A stretch of 64,000 bases of DNA, from NCBI RefSeq assembly GCF_964204645.1, contig NC_134033.1, forward strand, positions 7,014,655-7,078,654. Direction: 5' to 3'. Below, piece after piece: positions 14,301 to 26,370 of this stretch. The stretch's first letter is position 1; each line of letters opens with the position of its first letter. Made by a program: the position numbers and the translations under genes. The stretch is from Tubulanus polymorphus. Taxonomy: Eukaryota > Animalia > Nemertea. The notes under the pieces are model-generated. The model had not been told where the DNA came from and did no database searches. It saw only the letters and a list, made by a program, of their open reading frames with translations.

Positions 14301-15249
14301 ATATACATTGAAATGTTCAAATAAGATTATTTCGTCTTGTAGACGTAAACCACATTCTTGGAATATTCAGCATAGTGTTTAAAGTTGGCTTGTGCGGTTG
14401 TGATAGGGTTTTGATACTCCATACATACTGTTTATGCATGTCTCTATAACCAAAAATTAGGTAGAGACTAAAGCAAAGGTTCAGGACTCGGCAGCGGTCC
14501 CGGCCCGGAAAAAATGAAAAAATGTATTGTCGGTTCCAAGCACGATTTCAGCGTTTTTCGTGAATTCCCTGAAATTTCAGCGTTTTTCGGAAATTCCCTG
14601 AAATTTCAGCGTTTTCTTTTCGGCATTTCAGCGTTTCAGCGTTTCAGCTTTTTCAGAGAAGTTCAGGAACCGAGACTGGCGCAGACATTACAGTAGTGTT
14701 GTTTTGTTTTTTAATGTCCTATCCTTGGAATTGATGAAGATTGATTGAATTTGATTAATAACCTACAACCCCTCATTATTTTCACGAAATTAACTTCTTA
14801 CTGACTACAGATAAGAAACATTGAACGTCTCTTTTTAAGAAATTACCAGGGGTCAATGCGTCGAGCAAAAATTTATGAGCTATGGTTCCTAGCACTATTT
14901 TTACAAATTGTTCGATACAATATGTAGATGAAAAATTTGCAATTCGAGTAGTACGCATTTCGTAGATTTATCAATGTAGATTTACCGTAAACAATTTAGT
15001 TTGCCAATTTCGCTCATTTTCTGATAATTGAGAATTCCTCGATGACCGTTGTATAGCAGAGTGTAGACGAAGAATAACATTTTCTTTTTTTTTAAGAATT
15101 AATCTTATTTGTGGACACAATAGTCGTTTCGTTATCCTTCGACGGCTCAGTGATATTTGAGAATGTAAATTCCTTATTGGTTTGGCAGCTTCCGTAACAT
15201 AGCACATCATGGCCCACGCCAACACCAGGTTGAACATGATATATCGCAT
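11360..15249 (-). CDS. Possible multi-exon gene or pseudogene for a secreted protein (exons ~15249-14987, ~12105-11891, ~11705-11570, ~11480-11380)
   Basis: Signal-peptide-like MRYIMFNLVLAWAMMCYVTEAAKP; downstream acidic/coiled-coil segments with plausible GT/AG borders. Linkage of the exons is not proven. Confidence 0.3.
12165..14960. repeat. Non-autonomous repeat family member with a terminal hairpin, split by the MULE at 12485-14672; related copy at ~32364-32985
   Basis: Hairpin GATCTGTGTGC...GCACACAGATC at ~12173-12206 and ~32405-32437; shared CTAC(A/C)ACCCCTCATTATTTT at ~14763 and ~32529. Confidence 0.5.
12485..14672. mobile_element. Non-autonomous Mutator-like (MULE) element
   Basis: ~230-bp TIRs CGGTTCCTGAACTTC / GAAGTTCAGGAACCG with internal CGCTGAAA subrepeats; perfect 9-bp TSD AGACTGGCG (12476-12484, 14673-14681). 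Confidence 0.85.
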
Positions 15250-15430
15250 TTCGTGGATTCAATGTGCCTGCAACAAAATTCATAAAATGGTAAACATATT
15301 CTGGTCAGGACAATCTTCGAAGAATGAGACGGATTATCACGAGTTCGTAATTAGGGTTTTCTGCTCTTTTGCAGAGAGCCAAATATTTTAAATGAGGATT
15401 TTATAGTTAAATTCAAATGTGAAAATGTAT

Positions 15431-17561
15431 CCCTTACAAAAAATTCACACATGTTATATGTGTGAATAACACACATTACATGTGTGAAAGGTGTGAAAGA
15501 CACAGAAAACACATGTGATTCCAGCTATCACATGTGTGATCTGTGTTGTGGAGCATATCACATGTGTGAATAACACATGCTCACATGTGTGATTCTGAAA
15601 TACATGTGTGATTGAGAAATACATGTGTGATTCACACATGTGATTGGATCAACAACACAGATCACATGTGTAACCGCTAGGATCACACGTGTCATTAGAA
15701 TAACACATGTGATTAACATCAGTTATTCCAATCTACAACACAGTGTGAATTTCGGATATGAACCATTCCCATGTTGGTTCCAAATTCTGAACATCTGCAT
15801 TTTAGTCATAGAATCCATGTTGGAATAAGAATATTTCCATAACTGTACTCTTTATTTCAACATTTTCAACACATGGTTAGATTTTATCTAACACTGACAC
15901 CCCTACTGTGCAAAAACCAAGAACCAATGTCCACGGACTAGTGAGTTTGTATTTTCATTCGGCTAAATAAATAAAATAAGGTTATGATATGTTTTTACAT
16001 TCGCTGTTGAGTTCTAAAAATATATTAATATTCAAAAACGACTTCGAAAAATTAGCAGGTATTTACGGGATTCGAACCGTTGACGACGGCTAGCAAAGGA
16101 CTTGGAATGAGCATGCAGGCACGCACGGCGCCATTTGCAATTATTTCGAGGATTGTCGTTGCTGTTTTTAATCAATTTTGATGGTTAATTTCTTAGTTCG
16201 AAAAGTCTGGTGTTTGAATCCAAGCTCAAAAGCAAGTATTATTGTGTTTCGTCAAATATTCATAGTCGATAATGTTAATTGAATGTACTGTAATCGGTAA
16301 AATCAGTGGCGTGTACCAATCAATCAATTAAATCAAATTCATCCAAACTTTATTTCATGGACATGATTGATGCATTACAAATATTTCATGATTGATGCAT
16401 GCAAAGTACAACATGTCCATGCCTAACAAGTAGGCCTAGATTACACCATGAACTATTTTTTAATCACGATATGTCCAGGAATAAGACACTCGTTTGCATA
16501 CTAGGCCTAATACTATATTGTATAATTCCTAAACTGAACGCTCAGCCGGTATTGAACAGTATTTGCCAATTCTTTCTACATAGGAATGAATCATTTACAA
16601 ATTAAAATGGAATTTTCCGTTATTAATCTAGGGAGTCAGTACATTTCCTCGAGTAGTAATTTATCTACACGGAGAATGAAACGTATACTTTCAGCCGGAA
16701 CAAATTACTGAAAAAGAGGTTTTGAGTCCTGTTATGGTAAGTGTTGATTGAACAAATTTATAAGCTAGTGTTACAATAGCGCCGTTTTTCGTCTGGTTTC
16801 ACTTATCGTAATAATGTAACTTTGGCTTTTTTCATCAGATGATTGATATTAGGGATATTGATTTATTGATTTATTGTTTGGAATTGTGTGTAGTATTTAA
16901 ATGTTTTATAATTTTGTCTCATTCCAGATCATGTTCTGAATTGTAGATTGGGGGTTACCGCGGTCCAAATTAGAAAGAAGATTGGACAAATGCTGAAACA
17001 GTATAAATTTACGAAGTAAATCTGTAAATATTTGAAAATAAAATTCCCATTAACATGTAAGCTTACACAAGTGAGTTATTACATTTGGTTGGTAATTTTG
17101 AAACTTGAGTTGGCAATGAGTTTTTAGGAAATTGTGAAGTATGGATGAAACATCATGTCCAATGAAGGAAGTGGTCAAATTTTGACCATTATGAATGTGT
17201 ACTTATACTTCTTCTTGAATACAGTCGTGTGGAGCTGGAACAATGAGGATGACTGCAGATCACATGCGTTATAAATCACACATAACTGTGTTATATGACA
17301 TGTGTGATTTACATTCAGGGCTGTATCACACGTGTGATTCACATGTGTAAAAATGGGACAAAATCACATGTGTGATTTAGAAAATCACACATGTGATACA
17401 GCTTGAATGTGAATCACATGTGTGATTCACATGTGTAAAAATGGGACAAAATCACACGTGTGATTCACATACAGAATCACATGTGTGATAATATCCCATT
17501 TTTACACATGTGAATCACACGTGTTTTTTAAAAAATCACATGTGTGATTTTTTTGTAAGGG
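15431..17561. mobile_element. Non-autonomous EnSpm/CACTA (CMC)-like element
   Basis: Ends CCCTTACAAAAAA / TTTTTTGTAAGGG, 2-bp AT TSD, dense subterminal CACATGTG repeats at both ends. Confidence 0.75.
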
Positions 17562-17889
17562 ATATCTTATGATTAATAGTAAAATAACATTTGCAAAAGA
17601 CACTCTATTGATTTAGTAATTACCAACTATGGAGAGAGATAATTAGTATCATCGTATATTCGGAATAGTAAGTTTGGCACTCTCTAACATGTCAGTTTAA
17701 CACACACGTCATTGTCACATTGTCACATCCATTATAAATATCTAATAAACATTTTTGAGAGGAGAATAGAACAGAACGGGATTAGAGTGGGAGTTAGAGA
17801 CACGCCGAATAAGTTATGAAACCAACGAGGGCTGACCTGCGAGTCGTGAGCTTTGATATACTTAGATAAATAATATTCAGATCATCGAA

Positions 17890-18180
17890 AATATCATCCT
17901 CCCGGTGGGGATTCGAACCTGATGCCATCGAGATTGCCACGGTGCGAAACCCTGCCACACTAGACCGAATGCGCAGCTACACGCGCAGCTTAGATGATGT
18001 CATTATTAGCCAAACAGATATCCCGTTTTACTTTAGCCCGGGTTTTCCCATTAAAAGTAAATTTACCTAAGCGATTATACAACGAACAATCTGATTGATG
18101 CCGCAAGTTTTCGTGTGGCAAAGCTGCGCATGTACCTGCGCATGTACCTGTATGTTCGAATCCCTGCCAAGGGAGGATGT
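17890..18180. repeat. tRNA-derived SINE-like fragments in opposite orientations
   Basis: B-box-like GGGATTCGAACC (~17908, minus sense) and GTTCGAATCCC (~18154); no complete cloverleaf. Confidence 0.35.
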
Positions 18181-20299
18181 GAAAATATACTAGTTAATCA
18201 CCATTCTGCATCAAAAGACCCTTCAAGTTCGTCTGGCTCGACATGTTACAGGCTTTGAGAATATCTAAGTGTCAGAATATGCAGAGAAATATTCACAAAT
18301 ATTCACCACAGTTTACACTAAAAACGGTGCACTGATCGAATACAGACTTTTGGGAATGACACTTGAATTTGAAAAATGTTCACTATATACTTTTCACCAT
18401 AACTTATCACAATTTACTGCTAAATCCACATAATCTGATTAAAAGTTTTATCCATACCACTGAAACAATCCCTGAATCTTTATCTTTTTGATATGACTCG
18501 CATTACTGGAGGGATAAGCTCTGCATATATATATTGTAGCAAATACATTTAAGTTCTTTATTGACAAGTTATGATAATTCCGTCTAATTTTGCAGAAATT
18601 GCAATGGCTTTTCCCGAGGGACAGCCAGTAAAAGGTCATTCAGAATTTTGCCAATATTAATTTTCGAGAGGGGAATTGCCTAGACTTGGTATATTGGTAG
18701 TTATATTGACAATAGCAGAGACTTTCAAAAAATCGAAAATCGCATCCACTTTTGCCCATTTAGAGTAGAATGACCCTGAACTAGTTTGCCCATGCCATAT
18801 TCAAAGAAATGAGATGATTAAACAAGAGCCCCACGGGGCACTACGACCAGCCTGTCACATTCGTTTTTCATAAATGATGCAATCTGTGGACACAACTTGT
18901 CAAAAATACACTCCCAGCTAAATACAATCACGTTATACTTAGTAGCACAGATGACACTTAGCTCAATCTATTCCGTTCGTCTTATTGATATGAATGCAGA
19001 TAAAATTGAATTGGATTTGAAGTTATTTGGTCAAAGAAAATAAAATTGAATTAAATTTGATGTTTTTCATTCGATTAAATAAATTGAATTGTATGCGATA
19101 TTCATTACCAAATGAAATTTGATTGGCTAATTAGCATATTAAGGTCATCAATTCTATTTGAGTAAAAGCTACTTTTCCCATACCATGCACGATTAAAAAC
19201 CGAATCAACATTTCGATATATACCGATATGAATATTTCGATGTATATTTGAATGTATAAACTCTGTCAAACAATGGCTTTAGTGACACGGATATGGCTTA
19301 CGTCACGAGGGTACGTGGAGTCTAACGAACGTACATAGTATTGAAGACGAGCTGGTGTCGCTGTTGACTTTTACACAACGTAATTTACAGTGGTAATAAA
19401 AAGGTGCAATCGACGTCGGCACTATGAATTTTATTGAGAATTCTATCAAGCTATGACCCAACATTGCCACACTTTTGTACTAAGTTTGTATGCTAAATTG
19501 GATAATTCGAAAAGAAGAAATTATAAGGATTACATAAAAAAAACAAATGTCATGAAGTGAATACAGTATGCCCCCACAACGAGTTGTATAAGAAAACATT
19601 GAATATAGTTTTCAAATGTTAACCATGCGGTATTTGGCATTACCATGTATATCATTATAGTTGAACCTGATTCATACGATGGTATTGTGCACCAGGTTTT
19701 CATTTCCTATTTTATCACCGGTAAACTGTACTCAGTTTACGTAGATTTTACTCGTACAATTGTCCCTGATTTAAAAGCCGTATGCGCTGATTGTAAGCAG
19801 CAAAACGTTTTGTGAAAAACGTGTTTTCTGTTTTGATGAAACAAAACACATGTACCGTGAGTTGTTGTTTAAACTCGTTAAACGGCAACAATTCAAATTC
19901 TGTAACCTGTCTTGAATTCAAAATTATGAGGTTAAAAACCTACGTGATTGTAATTACCATGAGAAAATTTGCACCCAATGGCCAGAGAATTACGCCGCCA
20001 ATCACGTAGCCGAAGCATGGTAAATATGTGATATGGCGCTAACCAGAAACGACACGCATACCATTGCAATAATGTCGATGTATATTTAAATGTAACTCTG
20101 TCAAAAAATGGCTTTAGTGACACGGATATGGCCTACGTCTCGAGGGTACGTGTCACCCTGATATAAGTTGCATATTCTATAATCATATATATCTACAATT
20201 TCATATCGAATGGTTCATAATATTTCATATCTTTTACTTCATGAAATCCTTAATGATAATAATTATAGTATTAATAATGTAATATAACTTATGAATATA

Positions 20300-20390
20300 A
20301 GTAATTGGTATATGTGGGTTTCAGATCAGAGGACGAGAGGACGACACACCACTCAACACCACAAGTAATTTTTTCCCATAATGAATGGGA
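20300..20390 (+). repeat. Left TIR of Polinton copy 2
   Basis: AGTAATTGGTATATGTGGGTTTCAGATCAGAGGACGAGAGGACGACACACCACTCAACACCACAAGTAATTTTTTCC is the imperfect inverted repeat of 36593-36684. Confidence 0.9.
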
Positions 20391-20711
20391 GATAGAAAAG
20401 CATGTTTAGCAACAATAAATAACGGAATAAAACCAGCAAAAAAACAATTTTAAATAAAAAAGTTAGTCGATGTTACAAAAGAAATTTAACACAAAATATT
20501 AAAATTAGACAAGATAAAAACTAAATATGGAGAGAAAGTATCAGCAAATTTAAGTTACTGTAATGTAAGTACAACGCGAGAATTTGAAGTATTTTTACCG
20601 GATAAATGGGTTTTATTGAGTACAGAGGAATTAAAAGATTTAGAAGGATTTAAAATAATTCACCATGGGAAAAATGAAAACGGGCATCATGATTTAGAAG
20701 TTGTTGATTAA
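20385..20711 (+). pseudogene. Small Polinton accessory protein, disrupted
   Basis: ATG within the TIR; later segment reads TKYGEKVSANL...FEVFLPDKW...HHDLEVVD*; internal stop and frameshift. Confidence 0.45.
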
Positions 20712-21608
20712 AAAAAAATAAATTGATAATAAAATTAATTAAATATTAAGAATCCGAAATGACTTATCTGGACAATTTGATTGCTCCGCATAGATAGACA
20801 AAAGTAGTGAGATATATAATTAATTAAAAACAAAATATTTTTTTTTGCTTTTTTTCTAAAATATTAATCCATTTCTTTTATTGCGAATTTTGGAATTTCA
20901 GAAGTATTTTCATTTTTGATAGTAGTAGTTTCAGAACTATTAATAACATTTTTTAAACCAACTACACCCAATCAAAATGAATACAATTACAAATCCAGTT
21001 GTAAAATATAAATATTTATCAAGTATTCAATTATCAGAAATAAAAATATTTTCACCATTATTATTAACATTTTCATTATTTATTTTTTCTTTTATAGCTT
21101 TTTTAAATTCTCTCGATTTAATTCCTAATTGCCGAGACCATTCAATTTGTTTCTATGATCTCGGTTTTTTCTTCACAGTTAATTCCTTCACTTCTTCCAC
21201 CAGTCATAACTAAATAATCATTTTCTAAATCGGAATATAATCTATTTTCATCTTGAATTGGTAGCATATATTTACACAATTTACTATAACGTTTTACTAC
21301 ACTTTCTTATATCGCATCATTAATTCTAGCTATTCTCGCAAGTAATAGGGGTAATAGGCTTTCAGTCGAGCGGTCGAGCTCATAAAAAATGAAAAATATG
21401 AAAATAATAACAATTTCTGCTTGAATTAGTCGCGAAACTCATAAAAAATGAAAACTAATTCTCACACACTCGAATTTATTTTTCATTTTTACTCGCTAGA
21501 AAAAAGTGTGAGTAAAGTGTGCCTCAATCCCCCTTTTTTATTAACTTTTATTTTCATACATTTCAACTAATATATTTTATATTTTCAGCTAATTTAACAG
21601 TCGATTTC

Positions 21609-21914
21609 TTATTTTGATTCATATAATTTTTCATCAAGTTCATGAATATACATGTGATTTCTCAAACTCTTTTTATTTTTATATCTTTTATTGCATATTT
21701 CAAAGCATTTAATATTATTCAATCTATCTGAAATATAATTCATATTTTCTATTAATTCAGTGTATCTAATTTTACAGCAATCATAGAATTCTAACAACTG
21801 TTTTATAGTATAAACTGAGAATGAAAATAAACCTGAAATCATAATAATTGATTTAATATTCTGTTGATTTTTATATATTAGATGTAATATTTCTAATACC
21901 TTATTTTCACTCAT
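21609..21914 (-). CDS. Hypothetical 101-aa protein with a hydrophobic segment and a C-terminal C2H2-like finger
   Basis: CFEICNKRYKNKKSLRNHMYIH; intact ORF. Confidence 0.55.
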   Translation of the reverse strand: MSENKVLEILHLIYKNQQNIKSIIMISGLFSFSVYTIKQLLEFYDCCKIRYTELIENMNYISDRLNNIKCFEICNKRYKNKKSLRNHMYIHELDEKLYESK

Positions 21915-21961
21915 TTTTATAGTTAAAATATATAGAATAAATTAAATTAAAAGATGCTGTT

Positions 21962-22180
21962 TTAATCCTCCAAATCATTTAAATCATTAACTTTTTTATT
22001 GTTATTCTTTCTGTGATTGTTTCCATTTAACTTCTTTAATTTCTTGCTCAATTTTATATTTTCATTAATCAAATCCTTACTGATATTTTCATAATAAAAG
22101 AAAAGCGCAGCCAATATTAATCCGCCTGCTACTAAATAATGTTTCAAATCACTTTTCCCAGTCGGGATGAAACCATCCAT
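21962..22180 (-). CDS. Hypothetical 72-aa single-pass membrane protein
   Basis: YLVAGGLILAALFFYY hydrophobic stretch, then basic/coiled-coil tail; starts in AATTTTTCTCTTAAATAAATG context. Confidence 0.6.
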   Translation of the reverse strand: MDGFIPTGKSDLKHYLVAGGLILAALFFYYENISKDLINENIKLSKKLKKLNGNNHRKNNNKKVNDLNDLED

Positions 22181-22289
22181 TTATTTAAGAGAAAAATTAA
22201 ACAGTTTATATAATATTTGCTAGTTTTTAATTAAATATTTTATAATCATTTTAAAAATATTAAACTTTTAAATGATTAAACCAAATAAC

Positions 22290-22785
22290 AATTAAATTTA
22301 CAGCCAAACAATTTAACATTTCAACAGTCTAACAATTTAACATTTCAACAGTCAAACAATTTAACATTTCAACTGTCAAACAATTTAACATTTCAACTGT
22401 CAAACAATTTATCATTTCAACTGTCAAACAATTTACCATTTCAACTGTCAAACAATTTATCATTTCAACTGTCAAACAATTTATCATTTCAACTGTCAAA
22501 CAATTTATCATTTCAACTGTCAAACAATTTATGATTTCAACTGTCAAACAATTTATCATTTCAACTGTCGAACAATTTATCATTTCAACTGTCAAACAAT
22601 TTATGATTTCAACTGTCAAACAATTTATCATTTCAACTGTCGAACAATTTATCATTTCAACAGTCGAACAATTTATCATTTCAACTGTCAAACAATTTAT
22701 CATTTCAACTGTCAAACAATTTATCATTTCAACTGTCAAACAATTTATCATTTCAACTGTCAAACAATTTATCATTTAAACAGTC
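22290..22785. repeat. 24-bp tandem array, ~19-20 units (TCATTTCAACTGTCAAACAATTTA)
   Basis: Direct reading; the minus strand is open as (MINCLTVE)n. Confidence 0.95.
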
Positions 22786-22837
22786 TATTAGATATTTCAA
22801 TCATTTAACTCAATTCAATAATTATAATGTAGAATTG

Positions 22838-23488
22838 TTACTCTTTACGCCAGTTTTTATGTTTAATTGTTTCATAATGCTTTGATTTATGTGATTTTAA
22901 ATATTTAAATCCGCAATAACAATGCACTTTTTCATTAGGATTGAATTTTCTAAATTCATCATCTAAATTACATTGAACTGCAATATCTTTAAATGATTTT
23001 TCATTATCTAATTCACATTGAATTCCAATATTTGATGAATTTTCATTATAGATAATTTGTTTATTATCAAAATTGAAATAATATAATTGTCTTTTTTCAA
23101 TTCTTAAGTTAATCAAATCAATGTAATCTTTTGAAAGTATTATATCATCATTTCTTTCATTGAAAGGAGTTTTAAGAATATTAATTATGTTTTCATCTAA
23201 AGTTCCTTTAAAATTTAAAACTGTATTGAACAATTTAGGATTTTTAACACCATTATCAAAAGTATCAATTAGTTTAGTAATTAAATATGTTTCATTTGAT
23301 AATATTTGATTAATTACAGTAATATTTTCAATTTTATAATGTCTTGCGGACACTAAATTTGTTGCTGAAATATAATTTTTAATGTTAAACTGTGAAAATG
23401 ATTTATTGGTTTCATTGATTTCGATTTTAAACTTGGGTTCTTCTTCTTCTTTCTTCATTTTTATAACAAAATTTTTATTAAAACTCAT
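22838..23488 (-). CDS. Hypothetical 216-aa protein with a C-terminal zinc finger
   Basis: VHCYCGFKYLKSHKSKHYETIKH resembles the fingers at the PolB N-terminus; duplicated IGIQCELD/IAVQCNLD motif; intact ORF in AT-rich DNA. Confidence 0.65.
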   Translation of the reverse strand: MSFNKNFVIKMKKEEEEPKFKIEINETNKSFSQFNIKNYISATNLVSARHYKIENITVINQILSNETYLITKLIDTFDNGVKNPKLFNTVLNFKGTLDENIINILKTPFNERNDDIILSKDYIDLINLRIEKRQLYYFNFDNKQIIYNENSSNIGIQCELDNEKSFKDIAVQCNLDDEFRKFNPNEKVHCYCGFKYLKSHKSKHYETIKHKNWRKE

Positions 23489-24087
23489 TCAAATATAAAT
23501 ATTCAATGTTTTAAATATGAATTATTTCACTCACACTTTTATATTGCATAATCTATCAATTTATATGTTATTCATATATATTTTATTCATGTATATGAAT
23601 ATTTTAAGAGTAATAGGGGTAATAGGCTTTCAGGTTAAAGGTTGAATGGTCGAGTTCATAAAAAAATGAAAAATATGAAAATAATAACAATTTCTACTTG
23701 AATTAGGAGTGAAACTCATAAAAAATGAAAAATAATTCTCACACGCTCGAATTTATTTCAGTCACACTTTACTCACACTTTTTTCTAGCGAGTAAAAATG
23801 AAAAATAAATTCGAGTGTGTGAGAATTATTTTTCCTTTTTTATGAGTTTCGCGACTAATTCAAGTAGAAATTGTTATTATTTTCATATTTTTCATTTTTT
23901 ATGAGCTCGACCGCTCGACCTTTGATTTGAAAGCCTATTACCCCTATTACTCTCGCAGTTTCATAAATCTTAAAAAATTTAATAATTTCATCTGATTTCA
24001 TTGTATCTAATTCATTATAAGTTAAATTTTTACTAATAAAACATTTACATTTCCCAGATGCTATTAATATTTCTACTTGATTCTAGA

Positions 24088-25129
24088 TTAACAGTTTTTG
24101 TTTTTAATACTTTTTCAATTTTATATTCTTGTTCTAGATTTTCAGTAGTTAAACTTAATTCGTCGTCATAAAAGTACCCATCAACTTCTTCACCATCTAA
24201 ATCTCCTAATTAATGTACATATGGTTTTGTTGTTATTACCTTTTTTATTTTATAGATTTTTCTAGTAAAATTACGATCGTATCCTTTGTCAAATATCTTT
24301 TTATACTTAGAATTTCTAACATTTTGACCAACTTTAAATTTCCAAAAATCACCAAAATCATCTACAAGAAATGCTCCATATAAATTAGTCCAAACAATTT
24401 CAGCATTTTCAGGTTCTCTAGCATCGATAGGTTTCATTGCAATAGAAGAATGATAAGAATTATTATAACCTTCTATCAATTTTGGTAAAACCTCAATCCA
24501 TTTAAAAGTATCATTTGCTGTAAAATATTTTCACATTCTTGTTCTTAATGTTCTATTAAATCGTTCAACAACTGCCGCTTTTTATCCGATTTTGTTGAAA
24601 AATATTCAATATTATGATTATCGAAGAGTTCATGAACTACTGAATTATCAAATTCTTTTCCATCATCAAATTGTATTTTTTCTGGCTTTATTTTACCACC
24701 TGAAAACAATTTTTTAGAAACTAATGATGTTTGTGCAGCATCTTTTCTATAAAGTTTGAAGCTCCATGCATAACGACTAAAAATATCAATTATGTTTAAG
24801 ATCCACCAATAATCATCATTATCTTTCTTAACATTTTTCATGTCAATTAAATCTCCTTGCCACTGTTGATCTACATAACTTACCATTGTTTTACGAGTTT
24901 AATATTTTCTAACAATTTTTTTATGTGTTGTATATGTTGGTTGTTCTAACATAAATTCATTCATATGTTCATATTTAACTAAATCTTGTGGGATTATCTT
25001 ATCTAATTTATCTTGTTTTACTTGACGCCATATATTTTTGGTAGAAGAATAAGCAACCGAACTCTCAGGGTTATGATATAAATTTCTTAAATATTGTTCT
25101 TTAGTATTTCGAGTTTTTTTACCCCCCAT
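24088..25129 (-). pseudogene. rve integrase of copy 2, disrupted, chromodomain truncated
   Basis: QWQGDLIDM, IIDIFSRYAW, KIQFDDGKEF, VVERFNRTLR (after frameshift), YNNSYHSSIAMKP, KFKVGQNVR. Confidence 0.92.
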
Positions 25130-25159
25130 TTATATATCGTAATGTTCAACTTTATATTT

Positions 25160-26350
25160 TTAATATTGAATATTATGTGATTGAGAATTTACGATATTTA
25201 ATTGCGCATCAGATATGATATAAATGTGTATTTTGAAATTTCTTATTCCTTTTTTCTGTTTCATGAGTAATTGTATCCCATCTTTAGTGTTCTGTAATCT
25301 TTTCCCAGAACCAGGCAATAAGTTATCCTCTGTTGTTCTAAAAACTAACCATAGTGCATATTTATTACCAGTATAGTAATCAATTTGATCAATATTACAA
25401 TTTTCAGATGATTTTACTTTTTCATTCATATAATGTTTTCTAATTTCTGGCCATTGATCTATCATTCTCATTCCTTGGCAAAATATTTTATTTGCTATAC
25501 CTTCAATTGTTATTTCTTCTTTTAATATTTCTGGGTTATAATAATTATCAACATTTATTGCACCATTAGAATATGTAGCAATGGTAAAAAAATATTACTA
25601 CACCTTTAATAGTTCTTCTTGGGAAGTTAATATTCTCATTAATTATTTCATCATTTGCATTAATAGTGACAATTTTAAATTTATCAATATAATCATATAC
25701 TAAGGAAAATCCTTGATCATATTGTGTTTGAATTGTGCTAGCAATATTTTCATCAGTTACTGTATCATATTCTAAACATATATTCGATAATTTATAATCC
25801 ATATCTTTAACAACGCTAGATAATACAATTTCATTAAAAGGAGCAAATGTTATTTCGAATATAATATCTTCTTGAATTGCGTATTCATATAAAGGTCCAT
25901 TATTATTTATCAATTCAAAGTCTAATGGAATTTTATATTTGCTTCCATAAATATTCTTTATCAAATCATCTGCAGCATTAGTTACTATTGCGTCATTATT
26001 TCTATTTTCTTTTGTTAACCTTAAATCTTTATAATGCATAAATAAATTATAATCATCTAATGAAAAAACTGTTTCTGTTCCAATCTTTATAGCTAATTTT
26101 TTAATTAGATATCTCCCAACATTATCAAAACATAATTATCATCATGGCCAGTAACTTTTATATGGGCTGATAAATAAATACTATTTGGAACATAAAAAGT
26201 ATGTTGATTTAATCTCGGGATTTTAACATATAAAGTTTCATCAGGATTAATATTAGAAGGATTATGAGTAATTATATGATGAGATCTCTCTGCTTTAATA
26301 GCATTAGATATTCTAGAATTCTTAGAAGGATTTATATAACTCCCGCTCAT
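25160..26350 (-). pseudogene. Probable major capsid protein (double jelly-roll), split into three ORFs
   Basis: ~400 codons, beta-strand rich (THNPSNINPDETLYVKIPRL, KYKIPLDFEL, LSNICLEYDTV), next to the integrase. Fold is inferred from context and remembered family pattern. Confidence 0.7.
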
Positions 26351-26370
26351 TTATTTAACAAAAAAATTAA

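Larger units (their letters stand above)
21341..23951. mobile_element. Nested non-autonomous Polinton-type element (satellite) with 6-bp TSD
   Basis: AGTAATAGGGG...CCCCTATTACT ends, ~180-bp TIRs, TSD CTCGCA at 21335-21340 and 23952-23957; empty site with a single CTCGCA in copy 1 at 2143-2148. Confidence 0.92.

Noticed and set aside
15454-15828. His/Cys-rich ORFs
   Set aside because: Translations of the CACATGTG subterminal repeats.
17890-18180. tRNA genes (also B-box hits near 7122, 12330 and 16068)
   Set aside because: Only B-box-like motifs are present; I could not fold a cloverleaf.
22290-22785. CRISPR array
   Set aside because: Units are head-to-tail with no unique spacers, there are no cas genes, and the context is eukaryotic.
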